64,000 bases of DNA from Polyangiaceae bacterium (GTDB lineage Bacteria; Myxococcota_A; Polyangia; Polyangiales; Polyangiaceae), in NCBI GenBank assembly GCA_965222375.1, contig CBDCTZ010000016.1:1984001-2048000 (forward strand). Reading direction: 5' to 3'. A program made the position numbers and the translations under genes. The notes below the pieces were generated by a model that was not told the DNA's origin, searched no databases, and saw only the letters and a list, made by a program, of their open reading frames with translations. Shown piece by piece: positions 37,838 through 46,694 of this stretch. How positions within the stretch are numbered: position 1 is the first letter of the stretch; each line of letters starts with the position of its first letter.

Positions 37838-40800
37838 GCGCCGGCGCCGTGCGGCGAGCAAGAGCAAGAGCAGCCCGCCCAGGCCCGGCGGCGATGCGGG
37901 GTTACCACCAGCCGACAGCGAGCAGCCGCCGCGCGCGGAGTACTCTTCGCGAATGGGCTCTTCATCCAGGCTCGAGAGGTAAGCGACCAACTCGCGTTGT
38001 TCGCTCTCGGAGAGGCGCGCCACGTTGCCATGGGCCGTGCCTGCTGCCACAGCCGCATCGAGCACGTCGTCCAGGGTCTCAGCGCTGCCGTCATGCAGGA
38101 ACGGTGCGGTGGTCCACATTCCCTTTAACGTTGGTGTGTCCAAACCCTCGAGGGTTTCTCCTAGCCGCATCCCGCTCTGCGCCCCTTGGGTTCCCACGTT
38201 CTCCAGGTTGGCGGCCGCCGAATTGGTCAAGTCGGCTCCGCTGTGACACCGACCGCAGCCCAAGCTCTCGAAATGCCGATGCCCACCGCGTGCAGCGTCG
38301 GACAAGCGACCGTCTGCGGCTCGATGGGGGCTGTCGTACACCCGGTCCAAGGATGAAACGTACGCTGAGAGCGCATCGAGATCTGTGCTCCGCCCGGCCT
38401 TGGGGGTGCCGAGGGTTTCCGAAGTCAACTCGAAGTCTGCGTCAGTAAGCAGACCGGTGCCGCCAAAGGCATTGCGAATGTCGTTTTCGAAATCGTGCAC
38501 TTCGTCGAAGTTGGCGCTCCAGTGCAGGTAGCCCTGGGACGTTCCCGCCTTGCCCAGCAGGGTGATGGTATTACGCAGCCCTTCGCCGCGGTCCATGAAG
38601 TCCCACACTCGCCCATCCTGCTCTCCGTTCAAGTGACAGCTCGCGCAGGACAGGTACTTGTCTCGACTCATGCGGCGGTCGAAGGAGTCGTAGAAAATCT
38701 GCTTGCCGACAAGCACATCCAGCGCCAGTGGCTCGCTTTCGACGGTGCGGGTTTCGAACAAGCGAGCCGCCTGATTACTGCCGGCCAGAACGATTGCAGA
38801 TACGTCGTAGACGTGAAGACTGCGGGAAATGAAGCTGTGCACGTAGAGGGTCTTGCCGTCCTTTGACAGCCGTACAGCGTCTGGAGCCTTTCCGACTTTC
38901 TCGATGCTCGTGATGTGGCTCGCGTCGTAGCTGTCCAGCACCTCGATCGTGTTGGTGCCTTCGGTTGCAACGAAGGCCAGATCCCCCAACGGTGAAATCG
39001 CCACATCCGAGGGCAGGTTGCGATCGTTCAGGTCTCGTCGCAGCGAGAGGTCTTCGCTGCCGTCGCTCTTCACCTGGGCTACCACAGCGCGCACGGTGCT
39101 CTCGAAGGTCAGGTTGTTTCCATCCTGCCAGAAGCCGCGCCCGGTATTGTCCTTCTTTGCGGGCACGAAGGCTCGTGTCCCGTCCGGGGAGATCGCCGGG
39201 GAGCGCAGGTAGTTCAAGACTCCGCGCCCGCTGGCTTCGGTGTCCGGGCCCAAGTCCATTGCCAACTCGGACGTGCGCTCGACCGCGAAGTCCATGGCGT
39301 TCACCAAGTAGATCTCCGCATGCTCGGCGGGTGAGATGAATCGCGTCACCCAGACCGTCGCGCCATCCGCCGACACGGATAGGCCTCGGGGCTGCGCCCC
39401 GAGCGACAGCTTCCGGCGCAGCGCACCGGTCACTGGATCGAGTTCGGCTAGCTGTCCAGTCGCGTACAGGGTGACGTAGGCCGCACTGCCGTCAGGCGCG
39501 AAAGCGAGCCCCGCCGGCCGCGTGCCCCGACCCAGATTGACGGTTTCCGTGTTGCCACCCGCATCCAAGATGCTCAGGGTTGACGAGCGTTCGCTCACCA
39601 CCCAAGTTCTTCCGTCGGCGCCAAGGGCAACCGCGCGCGGCTCTGCGCCCACTGGGAACTCCCGGTCCAAGGTGCCGGTCGAGAGGTCCACTCGGCTGAC
39701 GCTGCTCGAATCTGGATTGGCGACCCAAGCAACCTGTTTGGCCTCATCGACGAACAGCCCGCTGCTCTTGGTTGGAAGGCTGGAGGTCAACGGACGGTGT
39801 GCCGTGAAGGGCGCGGCACACGCAGTCAGCAAGCTGCCGTCCTTTTCGATGCGAACCACGACCGTGTAGTGGCCAGGACTGTCGAAAGCATGGGTCGCTT
39901 GCTTGCCGGCTTGTGGCGCGCTGCCGTCTCCGAACACCCAGGAGAAACTCAAGTCGCCGCCGGCAGGGGTGCTCACGTCGAAGTTGACCGCCGCGCCCAC
40001 TTCGCTAGCCCCCAAGCTATCCACTTCGCACAACGGATTGTCGATGGCGTTGCCCGTGGAAAACTGTGACAGAAAGGTCTCGGCGAGGGGGTTGCCGGCG
40101 GCGTCGCGGGCGCCGCCCTTCTCCAGTCGGACCTCGTAGGATTGATTGGGCTTCCAAGGAGATGTTGGTGCGAAGCTGAGGAAGTTGGACTGATAGCTCA
40201 TGATGCCATCTACCGGCGCCCCACCGACCTCGCGCACCACGAAGTTCTGCTCGGTTATCGAGCTGAAGTCGAGTTGATCGGTGAAAGACAGTCCGACTCG
40301 TGACGTCACTGCGACACCCAATGAACCCGCGGGAGGCTCCGCACGGTTGACGACTGGCGGCGTAGTGTCCGGTTTGGCTTGGTGGGGTGTGATGTGGGTG
40401 CCCTTGCCGTGGTCGTCGCTAATGAACACCAGGTTGCCAAACACGTTCGCGAAGTCCTCGTCACGACCGCTCAGTTCGCTCGACGCGGAACCGACGATCG
40501 GGAACATGGGCTTCTGTTTCAAGTCGACTTTGAAGTAGCGCTTTGACCCGCCAATGTGCGCAAAGCCATCTTGAACGGTGATGTAGGCTCCGCGACCGTT
40601 GAACTGCTCGCTTCGCCCCGCATCCGGGATCTGCCCTGGCTTGGACACGTCGACCGCGACGACGCGTCCAGCAGTGCCGGCTCCAAGTAGCAGGTCCCCG
40701 TTCCAAATTCCGGCGTAGACTTTGTCGACATCGTCCTTGCGAGCGACCAACAATTGGGGTCGCACCGGATCGGTGATGTCGACCATGGCAAAACCCTGTT

Positions 40801-41497
40801 GGTCCATCGCTGTGATGGCCAGCTGGTTGCCCAATGCGAATACCGGCCCCGTCTTGAAGGCACCGAGGCGGCCAATGGGCACCGGGTTGTCGCTGCCCGC
40901 GGGCACTTCCGACAGTTTGGCTTTGGCGGGGTTGGCGGCATCCACGATGTACAGACCATTGCCCGATCCACCCACGTAGACATGGGTGCCTTGCCAAAAA
41001 GTCCACCAGGCTCCGGTGCCGTAGTCGCTGTCCGTGATGCCGGGCAGCTTCAAATACTTCACGAGTTTGGGTTGTGTGACGTCGGTCCAATCCCAGAACT
41101 GCACGCCAAAGGATGCCTGCAGCACGATGTAGTCCCGCCCGCCGATGCGGCTGACACCGAAACCGTGCGCTTCTCGGATGTCTTCGGTTTCCGCATCATC
41201 CTTGGCGAATACCAGCTTGGGGTTGCGCGGGTCGGATACATCGTAGAACGCAAAACCGCCGTCACCCTCTCCCGAGTCCTTGGAGAAGATCACAGCGAGA
41301 TAGCCGTTGTGCATCACCAAGGTGCCGTGGGCGCGTGGTGCGCCGAGAGCACCATCGATGCGGCCGATGATCTGAAAGACTTCGGCCGCGGGGTAACTCT
41401 GGTTTGCCAGACCGGGGCCGGCCGCGTGGAGCCCGGAACTGACCAGAGCGCCACCCAGCGCACCTGCCAGGCTGAGGCTGAGAGCTGCACGTCGCAT
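37796..41497 (-). CDS. Large surface protein: propeller + Ig-like + PKD + YVTN propeller + di-heme cytochrome c peroxidase-like domain + MYXO-CTERM
   Basis: Signal peptide; PKD WVFGDG; heme motifs CASCH and CGRCH; RNT, LHWSANFDE, DTPTL, APFLHDGSA; C-terminal GGCSLS...LLLLLLAARRRR. Confidence 0.85.
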   Translation of the reverse strand: MRRAALSLSLAGALGGALVSSGLHAAGPGLANQSYPAAEVFQIIGRIDGALGAPRAHGTLVMHNGYLAVIFSKDSGEGDGGFAFYDVSDPRNPKLVFAKDDAETEDIREAHGFGVSRIGGRDYIVLQASFGVQFWDWTDVTQPKLVKYLKLPGITDSDYGTGAWWTFWQGTHVYVGGSGNGLYIVDAANPAKAKLSEVPAGSDNPVPIGRLGAFKTGPVFALGNQLAITAMDQQGFAMVDITDPVRPQLLVARKDDVDKVYAGIWNGDLLLGAGTAGRVVAVDVSKPGQIPDAGRSEQFNGRGAYITVQDGFAHIGGSKRYFKVDLKQKPMFPIVGSASSELSGRDEDFANVFGNLVFISDDHGKGTHITPHQAKPDTTPPVVNRAEPPAGSLGVAVTSRVGLSFTDQLDFSSITEQNFVVREVGGAPVDGIMSYQSNFLSFAPTSPWKPNQSYEVRLEKGGARDAAGNPLAETFLSQFSTGNAIDNPLCEVDSLGASEVGAAVNFDVSTPAGGDLSFSWVFGDGSAPQAGKQATHAFDSPGHYTVVVRIEKDGSLLTACAAPFTAHRPLTSSLPTKSSGLFVDEAKQVAWVANPDSSSVSRVDLSTGTLDREFPVGAEPRAVALGADGRTWVVSERSSTLSILDAGGNTETVNLGRGTRPAGLAFAPDGSAAYVTLYATGQLAELDPVTGALRRKLSLGAQPRGLSVSADGATVWVTRFISPAEHAEIYLVNAMDFAVERTSELAMDLGPDTEASGRGVLNYLRSPAISPDGTRAFVPAKKDNTGRGFWQDGNNLTFESTVRAVVAQVKSDGSEDLSLRRDLNDRNLPSDVAISPLGDLAFVATEGTNTIEVLDSYDASHITSIEKVGKAPDAVRLSKDGKTLYVHSFISRSLHVYDVSAIVLAGSNQAARLFETRTVESEPLALDVLVGKQIFYDSFDRRMSRDKYLSCASCHLNGEQDGRVWDFMDRGEGLRNTITLLGKAGTSQGYLHWSANFDEVHDFENDIRNAFGGTGLLTDADFELTSETLGTPKAGRSTDLDALSAYVSSLDRVYDSPHRAADGRLSDAARGGHRHFESLGCGRCHSGADLTNSAAANLENVGTQGAQSGMRLGETLEGLDTPTLKGMWTTAPFLHDGSAETLDDVLDAAVAAGTAHGNVARLSESEQRELVAYLSSLDEEPIREEYSARGGCSLSAGGNPASPPGLGGLLLLLLAARRRRLLAKDSLDPKLRG

Positions 41498-41581
41498 CGG
41501 CGCGCCGGAAAATAGCACCTCGAACGGTGCAGGCGCCACGCCGGGCTTCTGACGCATCGGGTCAGATAGGAAAAGTGACGC

Positions 41582-43960
41582 TCAAGCTACGCGACCGGCG
41601 TACTCGGGAGGCGCAGAAAAGCTCTGTTGCACGTCAAAGCCGACCCAACGGACGCGCGCATCGCCGTCTTGAACCGGATCCGGCAGAGCCAGGGCGCGCT
41701 CGATCACGTAGTCCTGCGCTCGACGCAGGTCCTCGGTCGACATGGTCGGTGTTTGAGTCACCCGGTAGTACCGCTCGTCGTCGACGCCCAAGCGGTGCAG
41801 TCTCCGACGTAGGTGAAGTTCCGTGCCGGGAAGCACGAGCAGGCGATTGACCACGACGCGGGCAGAGCCAAGCTCCAGGGTCCGATCGAAGGTCTGCTTG
41901 AAGGACTGGAGTGTCTCGCCGGGTAGTCCCAGAATCAGCGACAGCTCGAGAGGGCCGACCCCCTCGAAGACTTCAACCGCCCGAGCCAAATGCGCCATGC
42001 GGGTCCCCCGCTTGATGGGCGCAAAGGTCTCCGGAGTCAGGGACTGAACCCCGAAATGCAACGCACCGACGGGCACGCCACTCAGAGCTTCTCGCTGCGC
42101 TGGTCGGGCCAGAGATGGGTAGAGTTGGAACCCGTAGCGCAGTTTGCCCTTCGGGTCTCCGTTCCGAATCGCTTCGCAAACCCGCGCGAAGGCCTGGTCT
42201 GTCACGTTGGCGGTGCTGGCCCCTGCGTCCAACCATTCGGACTCGGGCCATGCAACGACCGCCGCCACCTCGGCCGCAAGCCGCTCTTGGCTTCGCATCT
42301 GCATGCGACCCTCTCGGCTCTGTTTGGCGTCGCTGCAGAACGTGCAACTGAAAGTGCAGCCTCGCGCCATTTCTATCGTGGGGCGAGCCACGCGATACAG
42401 GGTGCCCATCAAATAGGGTGACGGAAAATCGTCCAATTCTGGGACGCGAGCCTCCGGGCCGAACTCTGGCGTGCCATCGATCACGCGGACGAGGCCAGGC
42501 ATCCCCTTGGGGATACTTCGACGGCCCTTTTGCCCAATGAGCGCTTGGGTCAAATCGATCAACGTGTGCTCGCCGGAGCCGCGTGCGATGGCGTCGACCG
42601 CGTCCCACCACGAGAACCAGCTGGCATCCCGATGCAGGAAGGCGAAAGAGACGCCGCCCCAAAGGATGGGCGCTTCGAGCCCCTGGGACTTGAGCAAGCG
42701 ACTCACCCGCCCGCACTGCCCTAGGTTCCAGCTGTACGCCGACATTCCAACGAGATCTGGCTGCGCTTCTGCAATGGAGGCCGCGGCCGCCTCCGCCGAA
42801 AGGCCAACCAAGAACAAGATGTCGACGTCGACCGTGTCCGCGAGCTCCGGCTGCGACAGCACCGCTGCCCGCAGGTACTCGCTGGCCCCCGGACCATAGC
42901 CCCAAGTGGCTTCGGACAGGTTCACGAGGACCAAGCGAAAACGACCGGCGCGCCGGGTCAGCTTGCGTTTGTGAAATCTCGCAAGGGCTTCGGGTTCGTT
43001 TGCCCGCCTCCGGCTTGGAGCAACGGGTTGGGACAGGGGTGAGAGTCCACTGCTGCCGTGGCGCTGCAGGTACCAGGTTGGCAAGCCGCCGCAGCGAGGA
43101 GCTTCCGCACACGTGGTGCACTGCTGACCCATTCGCGCCGGATCTCGGCTTGCTGCGGGCAGCGCAACGTGGCGGTCGCTGCGCGCTGCTTCTGGAAGCG
43201 CGCATGGTGGAATGCCGCAATTCGGCAACAGCTGAATCTGGATCGAGAGCCGCTGTGCTTCCTCGAAGGCCGCTGCGAGGCGAGGGCGCAGTCGGCTGAG
43301 ATCTTCGGGTAGGTACTCGCTGGCTTCTGCCGCGGGAGGGATGCCGGAAGGGAGTAGAAGTTCGACTCGGTGTAGCTTTCTGGCGCGGGCGTGGGTTTGG
43401 CGAAGCAGCGCGGCTAGATCCTGTTTCTTGGCGGACAACAACGGGACGCGCAGTGAGAGCTCGAAGCCCGCCCGCGCCGCTTGGTCCAGGCCCTGGAGCA
43501 TCCGAGCGTGGGCGCCCTTGCGACCGGTCACGACGTCGTGGACTAGAGGATCCAAGGAATACGCGCTGAGGATGACCTCATCGAGCCCCGCTCGAGCTAG
43601 CGCTTCTGCCGCACCGGACGCCCCAAGGCGGACTCCGTTGGTCTCGACGGCAACGTGCACGAATCCACGCCTCTTGGCATCGGCGATGATCGTCGTGAGG
43701 TCCGGACGCCTGAGCGGGTCACAACCCAGCACCCGAAGTTGGCTGCTGTCGCCGCTCGGCATAGGCGACGGCTGCGCCACATCGGCGGGTTTCGATCGGG
43801 AGCAGAACCAGCACGCGAGATCACACTCGGCGACAAGGCGCATGCTCTCGACGCGATTGCCCGACACGGCCTGAGCATAGCGCGAGGACTCGGGTCGTCC
43901 TCGCAGCTTTCGCGCGAATGCCCGCCGCCTGGACAAATCGGGCTCGGGTCTCGGCGGCAA
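41582..43960 (-). CDS. Double radical SAM protein: N-terminal HxsC-like rSAM fused to a C-terminal B12-binding rSAM
   Basis: CDLACWFC, ETNG, CGIPPC, CTTCAEAPRCGG; then PDLVGMSAYSWN, WGG, PSPY, ARGCTFSCTFC, GVQS, ILGLPGET. True start may be ~43870. Confidence 0.85.
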   Translation of the reverse strand: MPPRPEPDLSRRRAFARKLRGRPESSRYAQAVSGNRVESMRLVAECDLACWFCSRSKPADVAQPSPMPSGDSSQLRVLGCDPLRRPDLTTIIADAKRRGFVHVAVETNGVRLGASGAAEALARAGLDEVILSAYSLDPLVHDVVTGRKGAHARMLQGLDQAARAGFELSLRVPLLSAKKQDLAALLRQTHARARKLHRVELLLPSGIPPAAEASEYLPEDLSRLRPRLAAAFEEAQRLSIQIQLLPNCGIPPCALPEAARSDRHVALPAASRDPARMGQQCTTCAEAPRCGGLPTWYLQRHGSSGLSPLSQPVAPSRRRANEPEALARFHKRKLTRRAGRFRLVLVNLSEATWGYGPGASEYLRAAVLSQPELADTVDVDILFLVGLSAEAAAASIAEAQPDLVGMSAYSWNLGQCGRVSRLLKSQGLEAPILWGGVSFAFLHRDASWFSWWDAVDAIARGSGEHTLIDLTQALIGQKGRRSIPKGMPGLVRVIDGTPEFGPEARVPELDDFPSPYLMGTLYRVARPTIEMARGCTFSCTFCSDAKQSREGRMQMRSQERLAAEVAAVVAWPESEWLDAGASTANVTDQAFARVCEAIRNGDPKGKLRYGFQLYPSLARPAQREALSGVPVGALHFGVQSLTPETFAPIKRGTRMAHLARAVEVFEGVGPLELSLILGLPGETLQSFKQTFDRTLELGSARVVVNRLLVLPGTELHLRRRLHRLGVDDERYYRVTQTPTMSTEDLRRAQDYVIERALALPDPVQDGDARVRWVGFDVQQSFSAPPEYAGRVA

Positions 43961-44005
43961 TGGCCCGCTTTGACTCCAGTCCCAAAGCTAGAAACACTGC
44001 GGGGC

Positions 44006-44911
44006 ATGGCGGAGCGACGCGTGCGATGGCTGGAAGTCAGCGGCGACTTCCAGTGCAACAATCGTTGCGTCGGCTGCTTTTCTGTCAGCGATAGCGGCGA
44101 ACAGCGCATGTCGTCTCGGGACATCGCTGCCGAATTGGTACGGGCCCGCTCCCGCGGCGCTAGCCACCTATGGTTGGGTGGGGGCGAGCCCACGCTACGC
44201 AAGGACCTCCGCGGTGTGGTGCGCAAGGCGCGGGAGCTGGGCTTCGAGCGGATCAAGCTCCAGACCAACGGCATGCTGCTCGCTTATCCCGAGTTCACGG
44301 ACCAACTAGTTGCAGCCGGCATCACGGAAGTCAACTTCGCCATCAAGGGCGCGAACGCCGAGAGTCACGACAGGCTCACGCGCACCCCGGGTTGCCACGA
44401 GTTGATGCTCCAAGGCATTGCGGAGACACGTCGCCATGGCTTGCCCATGGAAGGGGACCTGCTCGTCTACACAAGCAACCAAGCCGAAATCAGCGACATG
44501 GTGCAGACGTACTTCGACCTTGGCCTGCGCCGCTTCAACATTTGGCTCTTCTCCGCGACGGATCAAGGTGACAAAGACCTTTCGGCCCAAGTGCCCAAGC
44601 TCTCGGAAGTCGTGGTCGAGATCACCCGAGCGATGGATCTGCGCCTCTCGGATGCCCCCGACTTCATCACGTCGCTGCATACGCCGCCCTGTGTCGTGCC
44701 CGCGTCACACCACGCTTGCTTGTTCCACGCCGCCGATCTCGAACTGTGGGTGGCAAACCCAGGGGGCTATGGTTTCCTTTTGGAAGAGTCTCCCATCGAG
44801 GGTGGGCACTATCTCGAGCGTTGTGACCGGTGTTCTGCGAGGAAGCAGTGCGGGGGCATTCGCAAGGACTACCTTGGGATCTTCGGAGATTCCGAGTTCC
44901 AGCCCATCTGA
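44006..44911 (+). CDS. Radical SAM protein (HxsC-like) with C-terminal Cys cluster
   Basis: CNNRCVGC, GGGEPT, QTNG, TPPC, CDRCSARKQCGG. Confidence 0.9.
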   Translation: MAERRVRWLEVSGDFQCNNRCVGCFSVSDSGEQRMSSRDIAAELVRARSRGASHLWLGGGEPTLRKDLRGVVRKARELGFERIKLQTNGMLLAYPEFTDQLVAAGITEVNFAIKGANAESHDRLTRTPGCHELMLQGIAETRRHGLPMEGDLLVYTSNQAEISDMVQTYFDLGLRRFNIWLFSATDQGDKDLSAQVPKLSEVVVEITRAMDLRLSDAPDFITSLHTPPCVVPASHHACLFHAADLELWVANPGGYGFLLEESPIEGGHYLERCDRCSARKQCGGIRKDYLGIFGDSEFQPI

Positions 44912-45639
44912 TGCGCGCCATGACCTACTACGAACCGGATCTCGCCTTGGTGCATCACGAGGGCTTTGGTTTTCACGTAGATCGTACCGCCGAGGGGATC
45001 TTGCAGATCTTGTCCCAGACCGTCGTAGCGGGAGCGCGGGTGCTAGATGTGGGTTGCGGCAGCGGTCTGTTGGCGGCTCGCCTAGTCGAGGCGGGCTACG
45101 AAACCCACGGCGTCGACGCTTCTGCTCCCATGATTGCGCTGGCTCGCAAGACAGCTCCCGGTGCCCACTTTCGCGTGGCGACGCTACCGGGTGCGAGCCT
45201 GCCCAAAGTGGACGCGATCGTGTCGACGGGCCACGTGCTTGCCTACCTGCCCAGTCCTGAATCGATCCTGGCAGCTCTCAAAGAGCTTGCCGACGCTCTC
45301 GAGCCCGGGGGCGTGCTCGCCGTGGATCACATGACGCCTGACTATTGCGAGCGACGGGATATCGACGACGTGGTTGCCCGAGTCGAAGAGGAGTGGACAA
45401 TCATCGTTCGTTTCGCTCGCCCCAGCCCGGAAAAGTTTGTCCGTGAGATCACGACGTTCGTCCGTGAAGGTTCCGGCTTTCGCCGGGCTGACGAGACTCA
45501 CTTGAACTTTGCCGTTGCTGCCGAGGACGCAAGCGCCGTCCTGTCTCGGGCCGGGCTCTCCGTCGAGAAACGCTCGTCCTTCGGCGGTGAAGCTCTGCCC
45601 CCGGGGTTGGTTGTACTGGTGGCGCGGCGGCCAAAATAG
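44911..45639 (+). CDS. Class I SAM-dependent methyltransferase
   Basis: VLDVGCGSG, GVDAS..MI, LEPGG; TGATG coupling to the upstream rSAM. Confidence 0.88.
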   Translation: MRAMTYYEPDLALVHHEGFGFHVDRTAEGILQILSQTVVAGARVLDVGCGSGLLAARLVEAGYETHGVDASAPMIALARKTAPGAHFRVATLPGASLPKVDAIVSTGHVLAYLPSPESILAALKELADALEPGGVLAVDHMTPDYCERRDIDDVVARVEEEWTIIVRFARPSPEKFVREITTFVREGSGFRRADETHLNFAVAAEDASAVLSRAGLSVEKRSSFGGEALPPGLVVLVARRPK

Positions 45640-45692
45640 CGCCCGTGGCACTAACTCTGACGGGCCCGCTGTCGCGCGCTAAGGTTGCGCCC

Positions 45693-46055
45693 ATGCCATG
45701 GGTCCGCATTGCCGCCGTCGTTGGCTTCCTGGGTGTGTCTCTCGGCGCTTTCGGCGCGCACGGTCTTCGCGGGAAGATCCCCGACAAGCTACTTTCGGCT
45801 TATGAAACCGGCGTGCTCTATCACCTGATCCACGCGGCGGTCATCGTGGCATTGGCTCTCTACGGCCGAGCGACTCAAGTGAGCATATCTGCGCCCGCCG
45901 GCGCGATGTTGGCGGGCATCGTGCTCTTCTCTGGGTCACTGTACTTGATGGCCATCACGGGCGTCACCCGATTGGGGCTCGTGACGCCCTTCGGCGGCGT
46001 GTCCTTCTTGGTGGGTTGGGGCCTCGTGTTTTTCCAGCTAGGTAAGGCGCAGTGA
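45693..46055 (+). CDS. DUF423/TMEM256-type small membrane protein
   Basis: GAFGAHGL, YHLIH, LFSGSLY, TPFGG. Confidence 0.88.
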   Translation: MPWVRIAAVVGFLGVSLGAFGAHGLRGKIPDKLLSAYETGVLYHLIHAAVIVALALYGRATQVSISAPAGAMLAGIVLFSGSLYLMAITGVTRLGLVTPFGGVSFLVGWGLVFFQLGKAQ

Positions 46056-46690
46056 GTCAACGCGGTCCATTCAAGACGGCGCTGGGGCACTTCAACACTT
46101 GGTGCCTCTCTCGTCTGGACGGCACCATGCACAAGGCCCTGGGTGCTCGCAAGCGCGCTCTGTTTCGAGACTTACCCAAGCGGGTGCTGGAGATCGGACC
46201 GGGTTTGGGTGCGAACTTCCGCTACTACCCCGAGGGCACTCGGGTCGTTGCGCTCGAGCCCAGCCCGTTCATGCACGACAGCCTTCACGCCACTGCCAGT
46301 CGCTACGGCATCGAGCTAGAGATTGTCGAAGAGTGGGCGGAGAAGCTGAGCTTGGAGGACGCTTGCGTGGACGCTGTGGTGGGGACGCTGGTGCTCTGCT
46401 CTGTGCGCAAGCCCGACCGAGTCATGAAGCAGGTGCATCGAGTGCTTGCGCCCGGCGGCACGTACGTCTTCTTGGAGCACGTCGGTGCGGCCCGCGGAAG
46501 TATCCGCAGACGCGTTCAGAGCGCTCTGGCACCACCGTGGCGTGTCGTATTCGAGGGTTGTGAGCCCAACCGGGACACTCGTGGGTTGATCGAGCGGACA
46601 GGTTTTTCCGAAGTCCAGGTGGAGGAGTATGTTGCGCAGTCTCCGTACTACCCCATCAATACTCAGATTGCTGGCTGGGCTATCAAGTAG
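46052..46690 (+). CDS. Class I SAM-dependent methyltransferase (METTL7-like)
   Basis: VLEIGPGLGANF, TLVLCSV, RVLAPGG..FLEHV, GCEPNRD. Confidence 0.88.
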   Translation: MSQRGPFKTALGHFNTWCLSRLDGTMHKALGARKRALFRDLPKRVLEIGPGLGANFRYYPEGTRVVALEPSPFMHDSLHATASRYGIELEIVEEWAEKLSLEDACVDAVVGTLVLCSVRKPDRVMKQVHRVLAPGGTYVFLEHVGAARGSIRRRVQSALAPPWRVVFEGCEPNRDTRGLIERTGFSEVQVEEYVAQSPYYPINTQIAGWAIK

Positions 46691-46694
46691 AGCC

